From Octopus sinensis (Eukaryota): a DNA stretch of 64,000 bases. The DNA lies in assembly GCF_006345805.1 (NCBI RefSeq), contig NC_043001.1, positions 8,432,001 to 8,496,000 of the forward strand, in the 5' to 3' direction. Positions within the stretch are counted from its first letter, which is position 1. Every line of letters begins with the position of its first letter. The notes beneath the pieces are model-generated. The model was given only the letters and a program-made list of their open reading frames with translations, made no database searches and was not told the DNA's origin. The position numbers were made by a program, and so were the translations under genes. Below, piece by piece: positions 24,769 through 39,854 of the stretch.

Positions 24769-24813
24769 GTTTCTGTCTCCAATCACACAGACTCTTTACA
24801 AATAAGAGAACGT
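24769..24813 (-). other. Candidate 45-nt exon
   Basis: Acceptor cctactttttatgctactacag| and donor |gtgagt; one open frame (VLLFVKSLCDWRQK), phase 1-1. Confidence 0.25.
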
Positions 24814-25742
24814 CTGTAGTAGCATAAAAAGTAGGAACTTATAATAAGTTCTAGTTTTTAAATGAATATAAAACATAAACTGCTTCAAAAAGTATCATAT
24901 ACATGTACAAAGTGGTAATATACTTCTGTATATTAACGAATTATAACAAATTATATCCATTCGGCTGTTTCTGGAGGCGAATTTACAATAGAAAATATGA
25001 AATCTATTTTTCGTATTAAGATACATAATTATTGGTAAGAACCTGGTTGTAGAACTGAATTTACTTCACGTGCTTCATTATTAACAGTCTGAAAATTGTT
25101 TTCCTTAAATTTTGAAACGTTCACTCCATTCAGGTATCCCTGTCATTCAGTTATATCCAAGCTATTTAGATAGAATATAACATTGTTCTATACTATTTTC
25201 GTGACATTTCATACTAAAATGTAGATGCAACCAGGCATGGAGAAAATATTAGATAATTATATAGTTATGCAATCATTTTTGAAAATAATTAAGCTGATAA
25301 GCAATGCCAGATGAAATGTGGTATCTAATATTATTTTTATAAAACAAATGAAACAAAGTGAAGAGTAAAATGAAAAGAAGAAACAAACATATACCTATTT
25401 AAAAAAGTGAAATTTTGGGACGCTCCATCACTTGGTAAATAATGTTTTTTTTTTTTATGAAATATGAACGCAAACGTTGTTTCTATTTCAAGACATTTTA
25501 AACACGACCTCTCTCTCACTTTCTCTCTCCCTCTCACTGTTTCTTACTGCTAATATTTCTTATGGATCACATAATGCCATGGTTGTTGCGAATAGTCAAA
25601 ACAAGTCCACACAGTTGACTACGTACGAATGGTACAGAATAAAATAATTTTGAACAAAATCTAGCATATTCAATTTATTTTTTAAAATGTATTAATCCGG
25701 TTCCTTTATCTAATATAATTCAGGCGTTGATTGCTCGGGTTG

Positions 25743-25955
25743 AGATAACGAGTTATCACTACAGAATTCTTAGCACGCCGGAGAAAATGTTTTGCGGTAT
25801 TTCGTCCGTCTTTACATTCTGAATTCAAATTCCGCCGCGGTCGTCTTTGGCTTTCATCCCTTCGAGGTCAATAAGATAAATACCAGATGAACACTGCAAT
25901 AGGTGTAATCGACTAACCCCCTCCCTCACAATTGCTGGCCTTATGCCAAATACTT
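25743..25955 (+). mobile_element. tRNA-derived SINE
   Basis: TTAGCACGCC...GGTATTTCGTC...TCTGA.TTCAAATTC.GCC..GTCG.CTTTG.CTTTCAT; same family as 28721. Confidence 0.75.
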
Positions 25956-27686
25956 TAATTCAGAATTTGAATGTTTATCTCTTGACACTTTCCAATATTT
26001 ACACAACTTGCTAAAGTTATATATTTCGTAAATAGAGAAAGTTGACAGTATATATTATTTATTTTTATTTTTCTCTTTTGCTCTCTCTGTTGTTAAATTA
26101 AACTCTTGCTGTTCTCCTTATCCTTTCTTAGTTTTGTATTCGTACGTAATATAACGTTATGTATTTTCCTCTAAATGATAATGTAATTTTTAGGAGAGTC
26201 CCCTCTATATTTTAATCCAAAGTTTGCAATTTAGTTAATAGAAACTATTCCTTCAATGTGATCTCATTGACAAAATCTAAAGCAGAATCTATCAATATCC
26301 TACGACATTGTATGAGATAATGCAAACCGACGGCGGCAATTGACTCTAAAGCTTATATATGTATACACATCGCAGTTCGAGCTGCCTCGGTTCTCTATTT
26401 CTTTTTGTGTATTGCCTTAATTTAATGTAGGATTGTTGAATGAAAATTTCAAAGTTTGATATTAGTTTACGTATTTCAGCATTCATTTAATTTCTATGAC
26501 ATTCATAACTATATACGAGTACAAAATTGTGTTGTTTCTATATTAACTTAACATGGTATTTGCAGTTGATAATAAGAATTGGATAAAACGAATATGGTGT
26601 AGACAAATAAATCTTTCCATGATATTTATGGCTATAAAATTCAAGCTGGACTAACTTTCATAAACAGACATGTCCATATATCAGGGCAATTTGTAAGTAA
26701 TAATCTGGAAAAAATTAGATTACAAAGTGATCTTTGAAATATTACATTTACGATTAATCTTTATGTGCATACAAAATTATACATATATTTATGATATAAT
26801 GATGAACATGGTACAGTTTTATTTGATGTGTACGGAAATGTATCACACGGCATCCTCGGAAATTTAATATAAAAATATAGAAACAGTGAATAACTTCAAT
26901 TACGCTCAAAAATTGAATTAACAAATATTGGATTAAATATTTTACAAACCATTTTTGATAAACGTTGTATGCACATATCTGGTATGTGTCTTATAATGCG
27001 AATATGTGATATCTATAAATTAAATGTCAATTGTTTTAATTAATTATCATATTAGTGGTGATTAATTATTTAGAAAAAATCGAAAAGTGTTCGTTCGCTA
27101 AAATAGCCATTTATTTATCAAATTATCTTCTTGATTTAAATTAATATGTTTGGTTTGTATCTATTTCAGATCGAAATATAATCAAGTAGAGCAGTTTAGG
27201 ACATGACCGACTGGAACAAGCGCTTTAATTCTATTATTTGAATTATTGAAGTCTAACATATTGACCAAATACAATCAGCTCTGATACATTAGCCGCAGGA
27301 AAGCAGTAAATATAAATATATTCTATAAATTTGTTTTGAAGTGTCTATTTAAGTATAAAGAACGACAGTGAATTATTTCCAATATTGATATATATTTGCT
27401 TCATATATACATCAATATATTTGTTATTTTTTTTTCACATCAAAGTAACAAGGCAAATATGGTCATTAATCGTTAATAATACATAGAAATATATAGCTGG
27501 TATACTATGTTCTACATACGAACAGTATGTTTTGATGTTTAGTTGCACTAATATCATGTTAATCGAGCCTTTAATCTCCCAGTTTAAATTATTCTTGCAT
27601 GAAACAATCTAGTAATTATTTGACATCGATCTTTGAAGAAATTCTGTTTTATATATGAACATATATGCAAACATACACAAATACAT

Positions 27687-27806
27687 ATCATCATCATCAT
27701 CATTATAATCACCATCATCATCATCATCATCATCATAATCATCATCATCACCATCATTATCATCATCATCATCATCATCATCATCGTCATCATCATCATC
27801 ATCATA

Positions 27807-27858
<52 letters not shown>
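27687..27858. repeat. Compound (CAT)n-(TAT)n microsatellite
   Basis: Direct inspection; source of the poly-H/I/M ORFs. Confidence 0.95.
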
Positions 27859-27859
<1 letters not shown>

Positions 27860-28335
27860 AGTTGTTGCTGTTTTTGTTATCATCGTCATCATCATCATTA
27901 TTATTATTTTTAATGCACTAAATCAAAATTTTCCATTATTTTGAAAGTTAGGCAAACGTGTTTAATCAATAGATAGTCTGACCCCACTAAAATGTATATA
28001 AACGAAACTCCTAGAATAACGGGTTTTTTTACAATTGGGAGTAGGAGAACGATCATGTTGTTCAGCTTCAAATATTATTAAACGTATATCACAGAATGAT
28101 ATTTATATATCCTCTTTATATATATCGACGAACAGAGCATGCAAATTTTCTTCGGGGTGGAACTAACAATGGAAGAATTATTCAAACTGATTCATTTGTT
28201 TGTACGTCGAGAGGAATTGACATGGTTTGTGTAACAGATTACTGAATTTGTCACCGGGAACCAAAATATTTTGTCACAATAACCTATACCATTCACACGT
28301 GTGCAAGCACGTTGGAGACGAAAATTTATAGAATC

Positions 28336-28407
<72 letters not shown>

Positions 28408-28720
28408 GATGAATATAGTACTAAAGTTGAGGCACTAGAATTTAGTACGGTATTATCCATACAATTTGAAAGTAAGGTGATTATAATCAAAATATGAAAC
28501 AAGGATATCCAGAGAACAGATGGACACGTCTGTACAATTATACCTAAAATCTCCAAGAAGTTAAGGAGATAGACAAAAAACAACTGTCACACTGCAGTAT
28601 AGAAATTACTATTTTTCACGTAAGCAAAACATGTGAAATGCATTGAAATACCACAAATATGGAGGCGGCGAGCGAGCAGAACCGTTATTACATCGGACAA
28701 ACTGCTTAACGACATTAAAT

Positions 28721-28940
28721 AAGGCAGCAAGCTGGGAGAAACGTTAGCACGCCAGGCGAAATGCTTATCCGTATTTCGTCTCTCTTTAAGTTCTGAGTTC
28801 AAATTCTGCCGGAGTCGACTTTGCCTTTCATACTTTCGGGATCAATAAATTAATGACCAGTTGCGTATTGGGATCGAACTATCGACTGGCCTCCGCCCCC
28901 AAAATTTCGTCCCTTGTTCCTAGAGTAGAAAAGAATATTA
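28721..28940 (+). mobile_element. tRNA-derived SINE
   Basis: GGCAGCAAGCTGG..GAAACGTTAGCACGCC head, GAGTTCAAATTC B-box, CCTAGAGTAGAAAAGAATATTA tail. Confidence 0.8.
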
Positions 28941-30034
28941 CAAATATGCATTATATTACAAAAAATTCATGTATTCATACAGAATATTTTGTTTGTCTGT
29001 TTGCCGTTTTCATCAATTAGATACCAAAGCCAATCCCCGACCCAGAGAAGAGTTACAGCTTCCTCAGCCCTAATACTATATTCTTGTTTGATAAAAGCAG
29101 CCGAGCCGAATTTTTTTACTGTCAAAAATTGTAAAAGTAAAAGTATGACAATTCAATTACATATATGCAACAACAATTATAATAATCTTTATTAAATTTG
29201 ATTAATGAATATCCATATTATACAAATTACCCAAAATCTCAATGGAGAGGGAGAATAAAGATTAATATATTGCTAAAGAGAAGACAGGCGGGTTGATGTA
29301 AGAACCAGGCCATATTTTATGCATTGAGACAGATATAATTACACACTCGAGCACGCTAGAAACAGTTTATGAATATACAAGACAGACGGGAGCGAATGAG
29401 AGATGATAATCCTGAAGCGATGTTGGCTCCATTGTACTGACGACAACCACATGTTCAGTGGCAATAATAATAACACCAATCATATGAACTACAGTATGAA
29501 CTACAGCTCTTAACACTGTAAACCTTTCCGCTATTCAAGTGATGGTCGAGGCTAATTTTAATAACGGGTATGCGCGATTTTGCGTGTATGTGTATGGGTG
29601 TGTGAGTGTGTGTTTGTTTGCCTGTGTGTGCGTATTGCAAAAATTAAGAAAGTCTCTTTTTTCTGTAAACGCTGACAAAATCAATAAATAAGACTACGGA
29701 TTTCTTTCCATAAGATAGTGTAATCTTGTTGATTTACTGAAATGCATGTTTTATAAACATTAAAGAAATAAAAAACGTTTTCTACATATTTCATATTTTT
29801 AAATGACTCGTTTTGAGCACACCCTGCACGAAGTTTGTAAAATATATTTTATTAATGCACTTTATTGACTCATATTCCACACGTTAATCTTTCTGTCATG
29901 CACTTCGTCTATCGCAATGGTTACTAGGGAGGAGTGTACAAGTCACTACCCACCCTTTAAATTCGGCTACCTTTTCTTTCTTCCAGCATATGCATATACA
30001 ACAGAAACACCCACCCATACAAACACACACAGAA

Positions 30035-30074
<40 letters not shown>

Positions 30075-30270
30075 ATATATATATATATAATATCACAATC
30101 AAGGAACGGCCATAATAGGCCATTCACCCACTAGAAATAACAGCCAAAGCTTCAAATTTTTTCCCACTAGGCCGCTGGTGGCAAAAAAACTTCTACAAAA
30201 TTTGTTGCCACCCTATATTGATTAATTATGAATATATATTATATATATATATATATTATATATATATATA

Positions 30271-30472
30271 TGATAGATGGTTAGCCACTGCACACATTTT
30301 TTCTCTCCTTGTTTCTATCCTTGTTTTTATTTCTGTGTCCCTTTCTGTAGAAGAGCGTAGGCTCGAAACGTAAAATACTTTTTCTATTCCTGAGCGTTAT
30401 ATACTAATACATCTGTTTGTTTTGTACACTACCTGCCTTCGTCTTTTGTTGTTGTTTTTTCGTAAACTCTCC
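30271..30472 (+). mobile_element. Dispersed repeat (probable Penelope pLTR) with relic HHR
   Basis: CTTT-CTGTAGA-A-GAGC-GTAG-GCTC-GAAACGT-A-AAAT at 30341-30376; homologous to 14911-15097; flanked by (TA)n. Confidence 0.65.
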
Positions 30473-30584
30473 GTATATATATATACTTAAAATAATATAG
30501 GATAGCAAAACAGAAATTCTTCCACTAGTGGCCTAGCATGTAAAACAAGTCAATAGACAACATATTTTCGATATAAAATTAGTG

Positions 30585-30899
30585 TACATTTAAACACAAA
30601 ATGAGGTGACCCTTAACAGGCCGCCTTACATGATAGAAGGAGCTGTCAAAACATCCAAAATCACATTTAAAAGCATTTTCGAAGGGAATGAAAAATAAAA
30701 AAAACTTTTACCTTATTTCTTACAGCCAGCCCTAGGATTCGTACTTTAATTAGCAATTAAAATAATTTGTCAGGCGAAGTTCTCATCAGTAACACGCGCC
30801 TCCTCATTATACATTATAATTGTTCAAATTCACCGCGCAAGCTCCTTCTACCATGTGAGGCGGCCTGTTAAGGGTCACCTATTTTTGTGTTTAAATGTA
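30585..30899. mobile_element. MITE with ~60-bp TIRs and TA flanks (Tc1/mariner type)
   Basis: TA|CATTTAAACACAAAATGAGGTGACCCTTAACAGGCCGCCTTACATGATAGAAGGAGC ... GCTCCTTCTACCATGTGAGGCGGCCTGTTAAGGGTCACCTATTTTTGTGTTTAAATG|TA. Confidence 0.8.
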
Positions 30900-30931
30900 C
30901 ATTAAATTTTTATGGTATATATATGTATGTA

Positions 30932-30963
<32 letters not shown>

Positions 30964-30971
30964 ATATATAT

Positions 30972-31040
<69 letters not shown>

Positions 31041-31082
31041 TATGTATGTATATATATATATATATACATACACACACACACG

Positions 31083-31129
<47 letters not shown>

Positions 31130-32215
31130 CATTAAACTGAGTTTTTACTCAATAAATCATCAGATTGACAGATGATGGATTGGATAACCGAAATTTCGAA
31201 TTCACTAACAAAAGTATTCTTCTTATATGTGTGCGTGTGGGGATATAAATGCGTGTGAAAGCTATAAGGAAATGGTAGGATGTGGCATGCCCTCTGTCGT
31301 TGTTTTTAGCTTTATTTTATTTGCGCTTAGAGAGACACACCATACCACCCATTCGAGCAATTGACACAGTGTAATATCCGTATGACAGTTGGATGAGAAG
31401 AGAACTGAACCGCCATTTGATTGCTGTGGGAAGAAGCCTGATCGGAATAGGCGAAGTTTCTATATAAATATACATCAAAATATACTTGTCTGTCCGAATG
31501 TTTCTTGTTAATATCAATATGCGACAGCACAAATATGTATTCAAATGATGTCTATGAAGCTAATTTCCGTGTTACTCTTTCCTTTTATCCCATGTGATTG
31601 TCTATGTGCTGATTTTTGTGATCTTATTCACATGACTGTATACGCATGTAAATGTATATGGGAACGTCTATGTGTGTTTCTAGCGTGAAATATTGACCTC
31701 AATATTGGTCAAATATTTTCAGACAATATTCTCCCTCACCAATTTATGTGAATGAATACGTCTTAATGCTAGCTTCATTCATATTCTTTTCATTCTGAAT
31801 ATAGCTGCAGTTCATAGTAACATTCTCTATCATGCTCAGTAACCAATTAGCCATATTTGAGAAGATTGCGCTCAATGAAATTTACCCTTTAGAGATTTCC
31901 TCTTCGATACATTTATTGGTCATTCATATAAATACAAACCCACTCACTCTCCGGACACACAATCAAACGCACAAACTTACACTTTCATATATTTCAATAC
32001 ATGCGAGTTGCAACGCTTCCATCGTTGTGATGTATAAGTTTCTAAACTAAAATTCACCTCTCCAGAGATATGGTTAATTTATTCCTGAAAGAAATTACCA
32101 ATGACTGCAAGCTTCATATCATCTGTAGTATCTGGATTTCTGTCGCATATGAAAGGGTAGGTTTGCATAGAAAGGCACATGAACAGACAAAGAGAAACAC
32201 ACACAGACAGACACA

Positions 32216-32250
<35 letters not shown>

Positions 32251-32428
32251 GTACGCCTGCATGTATATGTGTAAGAGATCATAATCGCATCCACATGTAT
32301 ACTTGTATATCCGCGTGTGTGTGCATTTAAATAATATACTTGCGCATATACATACATATCAATTTTTATATTTGTATATACATTTACGTGTGTATATGCG
32401 TGCGTGTATATATATATATATCTATATA

Positions 32429-32514
<86 letters not shown>

Positions 32515-32968
32515 TGTTGTATTTCGGAATGGTCATTTTGCCAGTTTAGCCAAAAAAAACACACGCACTATATATTTGGTGTTACTTTGCTTCAGTGTTA
32601 TTTATTTTTTACATTAAACTTAATCTTATTTCGGCCAGAGTTCTTTCGTCACAGTCCTGTGACCGCATCAGTGGTCCTTTGCTTTCTTCTTTCTTATATA
32701 TACATTATAGATTTCGTGTAAAATTCAGAGCCATTACTAAAAGATCCGCAGTTCCGTATACGGATTCGGCTATATAAGCAATACATGTGCGTATACGAAG
32801 AGTCGTAACATTCGCTACTGTCAGAGAAATTTGTAGAAAATTTGTAGATATAAGCTTCAAAATAACAACACTCTTAGCAGAGAGAAAAGTCAGCCACAAT
32901 ATTCAACCGTAAGCATTTAAAATTCTTGAGAGCATAGAATGGTTGCAAAACTGTTGTCTTAGTGGCAG

Positions 32969-33045
<77 letters not shown>

Positions 33046-33261
33046 ATTCCATTATATTATATTATAGTATATCATATTACATTATATTATATTTATAATA
33101 CATATATTCACTCTGGCTGCTCGAAATGTGGTGTAGATACAAAGTGACAACTGATGAAGAGTCGTTCTTTGTTTTATTTGCCCTTTTTCCCCTCGTTATT
33201 TGAGTATTTTAAAGAAATTGTTTACGTATTTCATGTTGCTTACTGTTGGTGACGTCCTGTA

Positions 33262-33306
<45 letters not shown>

Positions 33307-33432
33307 TCAGACAAGATGACCTTTCGTCGAAGATGATGTATGTGTGTTCAGAATTTGATAAATGACCTGCACAAATATTTTGCTTATGGGTGTTGTGAAA
33401 ATGAATCTCCTTCACACTATATTATCTCTCTT

Positions 33433-33478
<46 letters not shown>

Positions 33479-35762
33479 TATATATATATATATTCATATA
33501 GATGCTGTAATCAGGTGACATTAAGAAGACAAATGGGAGAAGAGGACCTATTATTGTCATGGACAGGAAACTCATAGTTTATAAGCAAAAGAGTCCATGT
33601 TTGATAGTTCATTAAGAAGCTTTCCTTGGATTGACATTAACCTTGTGAAACATCTGTTTGTGTATGTCTTCTGTATGCTCTGAGAAGTACTAAGCTTAAT
33701 AAAATAACCAAGGATACGTAAGTTCTACAATTATAGCTACAGATATATATCAGCCGTCTCGTGAAAATATGTAATCTAACGCCGCCCTTATTTAATAAAA
33801 TCGTATTCCATTCCCTGCTGTGTCTTTGCGAGTACCAGTAATTAATTTACGAAACGAGATATTCGAAATGATCTGTAACTCGGACAACAATACGTAGAGA
33901 CTCAGTCCTTCCACCAGAAACGTCCATAACATACTTGACGTTGAATGTCTGTCTTAGCAAGAAACAGCGTCAGATGTATAATGCTTGCTTTGAAAGACAT
34001 GTGAATTCTGCAACGTATTATTAGAGAAGAGTCACGGGACAGTTAAAGCCGAGACGTGTAAATCAAACGTTTCCTCATCGTTGGGTCATTTAATAACTCA
34101 GGACGTAGCACAACTTTTAATTCGTGTACTACTAAGAGGAATAGCCTTCTTGAATTTATATTAAAATACTCATCATTAGAAAGTTATGAATACGCAAGAC
34201 GCTAGCTGTGGACAGCTATAATCCGAAGGGTAATAGCTCCATTTGTGCTTGCAACAGAGAAATTTCATACTTCGAAGAAAAATTTCACATTATCGATTTG
34301 CAGGAAGTGGCTGCAAATTAACTAAATGTTAAAGCCATAACGTTGCCTTCACGCAACCATAATTAGCTAGAATTGCCGAGTTTGCCGTATAAGTGCAAAA
34401 GACTTCACTGATATCATCTACACCATCGCAAACAATAAATAATTCCATGATATGGGATGCAAAATTGTTGCCAAAAGTATTTACAAATATGTTCCCATGA
34501 AATATTGTGCTGCCTATCATACGAAATTCAAATCTAAACGGCAATGTAGCAACACAACCAAGAAATAAGATTGTCAAATTGTTCAAATAACAAATGGAAT
34601 CCAATTGTTCATATGTTTCATTAAGGCATCTTCCAAATGAATTCGATTTTCTTACAATGTAGTGTGTAAAATATGTCATTTTATTCCAGACTCATATTTC
34701 CGCAGATTCATTAGACTGTCTTTACTGAAAACAAATAAACCCCATTTGTTTGTCGGTGGCGTATCAATCTTTTGCGAAAGATATAAATAAATACGAATTT
34801 TAATCATTTTATTTCATACCATTTTAGTTTGGAGAGCCACAATTCAAACGCCAGTATTTCTTTGATTTTATAAAATCTATCAAAAAATATGGACTGGTCA
34901 TGCTTTAGTAATTAATGAAAAATTTAGTTGCTAAAAATCTAATATCTAATTGAGAAGGTGTCATATTACCTATACATTGACATCACACCATTATTCTGAA
35001 AACAATTGGCTACACCGTAATTTGTCCTCATTTCCTGTGCTAATGAGTTGAAGTAATTTAAATAGTTCACAGTCTGTCTGGCACTGCAACAGAGAGTGAA
35101 TACCCATCCTTTTTTTTGTTGAATTTTTACTTTCGTTTATTACAAATTTACAAGCTGTGCTAATTTAGATGTTAATGCGTTGAAAGAATGAATCATTAAA
35201 TTGATAGGTAAAACAATATATACATGATTTCTGATAATTGGGATTTTAAACTAAAGTATCTATTTCCCAAAACACGCTATTTGCCACGAGGTGAAAAGAT
35301 AATGTTGTAGTTAGTGCACACGATGTTATCAGTCTAACAGTGAGTAGATGACAGCATGGAGATGATTAACGTCTATTCAATTGACGAATTAATTAGAGAA
35401 AGATTAGCATTCTTTGTTCCCGGTAGAGATTAATATCTTCCAGGTATTTATAGCGTGCATGAAAATGAGTATTGGTAGAACGGCCTGCCTGGTTTGCATA
35501 ATATTCAGTGTCGTAACAACGTCCATACTAAATGAGAAAATAATAGTTTATGAAGTGTTTTCCATATTGATAAGATTTCTATTTCAAGTGGAAGAGAGAT
35601 CAAAGTACCAAATTATTCAATAGACGATATAAATTAGGACAAATAAATAAAAAAAATTTATACATCTACTTTACTGTCTTCACGCCTCTCCATCTACGTC
35701 TTTATAGAGAGAAGGAAAGAGAGAGTTCTGTGTGAATGTGTGCGTGCTTGTGTGTGTGCGTG

Positions 35763-35818
<56 letters not shown>

Positions 35819-36854
35819 TGTGTGTGTGTTTGTGTGTATATGTGTATATATATGTGTGTGTGTGTGTGTATGTGATTACGAGTGACCTACATGCAATTAT
35901 ATCCACATATACGCATTCATCAATATATAAAATGGTGCATAGCTATTTGCACTCCCACACGCAATCCGAACTACCTTCAGAAATTGCCTTGAATTTCTCT
36001 TTTTTTTATGTCATCTGGTTACAACGATCCCTTAATATAAATAATTTAAGACTGAGAAATAATTAATTAACTAATAATTAAGAGATGAAATACTAAAGAC
36101 AGTCGCTTATAATAAACATTACCATCTGAATATCTATTCCTAAATGTGTCCATTTGGCAAAACCAATGATGAATATTTATGAGATTGTATATCTTATGCC
36201 AATGAATGACGGGAACAAACAAAGAGCCGAGGGAAAATATTCTAGTGAAAGCAGGTACAATTATTTTCCTGTAACCAGAATGTGTTGTCTAAAGGTCAAT
36301 TGTGAGTGCTTTTAATCTTCAATAAAAACTAGCTACATTGAAACATAAACATCACTAACGCGTCAAGCGTAACAACTGACTGCTAGATGGCGTTTGAGTA
36401 TAAACACAAAATTCAATGGGGTGCTGTTAATGTTAGACATAATACTGGATTCTTTCAGATAGAGAAGCCAGAGAAGCTATAATAATATGCTGGCAAGTGC
36501 TTTTCTACATGGAGCAAATATCGAAGATAACTTGGAGCAAAAAATTTTAAAAACTGCTCTGAAATTTTGCTTTCCGTTCTTTGACCTAAATATTTTCCAT
36601 GTTTGAATGCAAAGTCAAGTATCTATTGGGAATGTGACAATTGTTGCTGCTTTATTGCATTAGTCGCCATTTGGTATAAAGTCTGGTGCGATGGACACTG
36701 CATAGAAAATGTATGTGAAAGAGAAAGTTTCGAAGAATAGATTCTGGAATATGTACAAAATGCCACAGACAAAACAGAAAACCGATTGGATTCAAAAGTG
36801 TGGCAGTATAGTTGTAGTAGTAATAATAGTAGTAGTAGTAGCAGCAGCAGCAGG

Positions 36855-37042
36855 TAGTGATCTTGGTACAATGATGGTAGTAAATATATTCTATGAGGGT
36901 GTCTTAAGAGTTCTTTTTGTTGTTTTAGTAAAACCATTAATTTAAATATATTTAAGAGGAATAATTGATTAATTTTTCCCTTATGACGTTTTTCACGCTA
37001 ACTACTTGATAAATCCTTATAAAGATTTTATCCTATTCTTTA

Positions 37043-37136
<94 letters not shown>

Positions 37137-37346
37137 GTGATCTTGGTACAATGATGGTAGTAAATATATTCTATGATGGTGTCTTAAGAGTTATTTTTGT
37201 TGTTTTAGTAATGCCCTTAATACAAATATGTTTAAGAGGAGTAATTGATTAAATTTTCCCTTGTGAGGTTTTTCACGCTAACTACTTGATAAATCCTTAT
37301 AAAGATTTTAATTGTATATATATATATATAATATATATATATTATA

Positions 37347-37385
<39 letters not shown>
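36855..37385 (+). repeat. Tandem duplication of ~190 bp unique sequence, each copy followed by (TA)n
   Basis: TAGTGATCTTGGTACAATGATGG... at 36855 and 37135; copy 2 lacks ~12 bp (ATCCTATTCTTT). Confidence 0.9.
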
Positions 37386-37386
<1 letters not shown>

Positions 37387-39854
37387 CATATGGTATAATT
37401 ATAAACAGGTCAAATTTAGGCATTTTTCTACAGACTGAAAAAAGAAGTGGACGACTTTACTTAATTTTCGAAGATTACTGGGTTTCCATCACCTTGACAA
37501 TCTCCGCAAAAACAAGCATCCAAACTGTTTATATACCCAATAAATGCATCAGTTACTCTACGGAGGAGTTCCCAATTCGCATACCCAAAGTGTTTAACAC
37601 GCTATAAAAACCAACGGCCTGTCAACGGGGATCTTAGCCCGCGCAATATCACGGTATTATATTATATTATTTTTTTTCTTCTCACGTTTCCCTTTAAAAA
37701 AATTATATATGTATAGATATAGATATATACTTTGTTTCTGTATTTGGTTTGTAGGTTTCTTCGTGTGAATTCGTGTGTTGAAGCATATTTTGTTGGGTCT
37801 GGGTTGAGTCATTCTCTTTTAATGCTTTATTAATTGACACACCAGTTAGATTCCCACTCAATAACCTTGTATATTGGACTCTCCCCAGATACAACAAAAT
37901 ATAGGTACATAGAGATAAATATATATACAGACACACACACACATATATACATTATATAAATATGTTATCGCAGTATGTTTGTGCATAAGTACCAGCCTTT
38001 AATTTGTGTTCTCTCAATATAACTGGTAATGTCCTGACTGTTATAAATATTTCTTATTCACAAAGACTAGAAAAGTTGGATTTAGTTTGAATATGCTACA
38101 CTCACCTGATACTGCCATTGAAATTGTGAAATATTCCTTATTATATTATTATACTTACTTTGACGCAAACCATCCTAAACACTACTGTCTTCATAAGCTC
38201 AAAACTGTGTTCTTTTCTTAAAGTGCATGTTGTGGTGAATATATTTTCCTGCTGCTTCTTCGTGGTTGAATACCTTAATTGATAAGAGGCACAGTTGCGA
38301 AGCGCTCGTGAATGCTCTCCCTTGAAAGCACACTGAAAGCACCTGTTACTTGGAGGATTGAATTTTTAAAACTTGATCTGTTAGATTGGAATTTTACAAG
38401 GTTCTTTTGCTTTTGTAACCATAGGTAACCTTTCTCGTTGAGAGTGATTTTTATTTCTACAGCCATCTAATATTGATTCGCGTTGGAGAAAATGGTATCT
38501 TTAAATGATTATTTGTGCCATTATAAAGTAGCATTATATTATAATGGCAGAGAATCTGAAAGTACAATGAATATTTTATATTAGTTCCATTGGACAGTTA
38601 TAGACCTGATGACATTCAATTAATGCAAGATCTACATTTATTTCTTATTGTGATTACTATTCGAAAGTATGTTATTCGACTAAATTTAATGATCAGGTTT
38701 ATCGTATTAAATATGTAGTTTCATTAAGTTGGTTTTATCCTACAGTGTACAATATAATTCGTGGTTACAGTATCCATTTTATTCCATTCAGTATTGAATA
38801 GAACATGGTGTCGAAGAGGTAAATGATATCAATAACGAAACAAAATAAATAGAAACATCTTCAGAATCCGAAAGAATAGCTGAAAACTGATTAGAATGTT
38901 ATCATTTTCTCCAATATTACAGCCGAAATTAAATGCAGTGTAAAGTAATTTTAAATATTTTTTTTTTCGCTGCCAATTTTCATTTCTGTGTAATTATTGC
39001 TGATGATTTCCACGCCAGGTTATTTCTGATAAAGAAAGCCCATGATTAAATGTGTTCTAGCATTGTAAATTCTGTATTTGTTAGCATATATGACTATATT
39101 ATATAGCGATCCCTTCATTTTGCGGCTATAGATTATGATTTGGTTGTGATACGAGGGTTATTTGGCTGATAATTCTTTCAGCTTGAGCGAAATCGCTGAG
39201 GCTTATAGCATCATTCTGCATTCGCTCAACAGTTATCTTGGCAGAAATACACATTTATTTCATGATTCTATATCTTACTTTCCTTTTCTAAAGAGAGGTT
39301 CATGTCATTTTATATGTAGATTAAACACTTCTAAAAATACACATCAAAAATTACTGGAATGACGACGATTATTCTATGACATAAGGCAATCAGTGGTGTA
39401 GAATGTCATCTGAATCTACAGTGTTTTTCCTAAATTTCTATGAATTAATTCTGTACTAGGAATACGAAAAGACACTGTTTAAATAATGAATTAGCATTTA
39501 CAATCTTACATCTTGGGTAGTGTTGAGCAGATGTATATGTCAATAGGCTTGTGTTATAAATATGTGCAACAGAGAATCAAAAAATTTACTTTGAGAAGAT
39601 TTCTTTGTAAAATTTTTCCTCCCTCGCTTCCATTGGTGTGCACGATGCATGTGTTCTGCGGGTACCATGGGTACTGAAAAGAAAATTCTATACATCACTT
39701 TACTCAAATAATGGAGCTGAAATTACAATATTTTATATTTTATTTCTACGTCCATTCTCATATTTTTCTTCTATATTCCCTATCTCCTTCTTTTCCATAA
39801 TAATTCCGTATTCCGAGCTCAACTATTCACCTATATATTTTACCATCTCACATC

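Noticed and set aside
33151-33260. CTGATGAAGAG in a TA-flanked repeat
   Set aside because: No downstream GAAA at a foldable distance.
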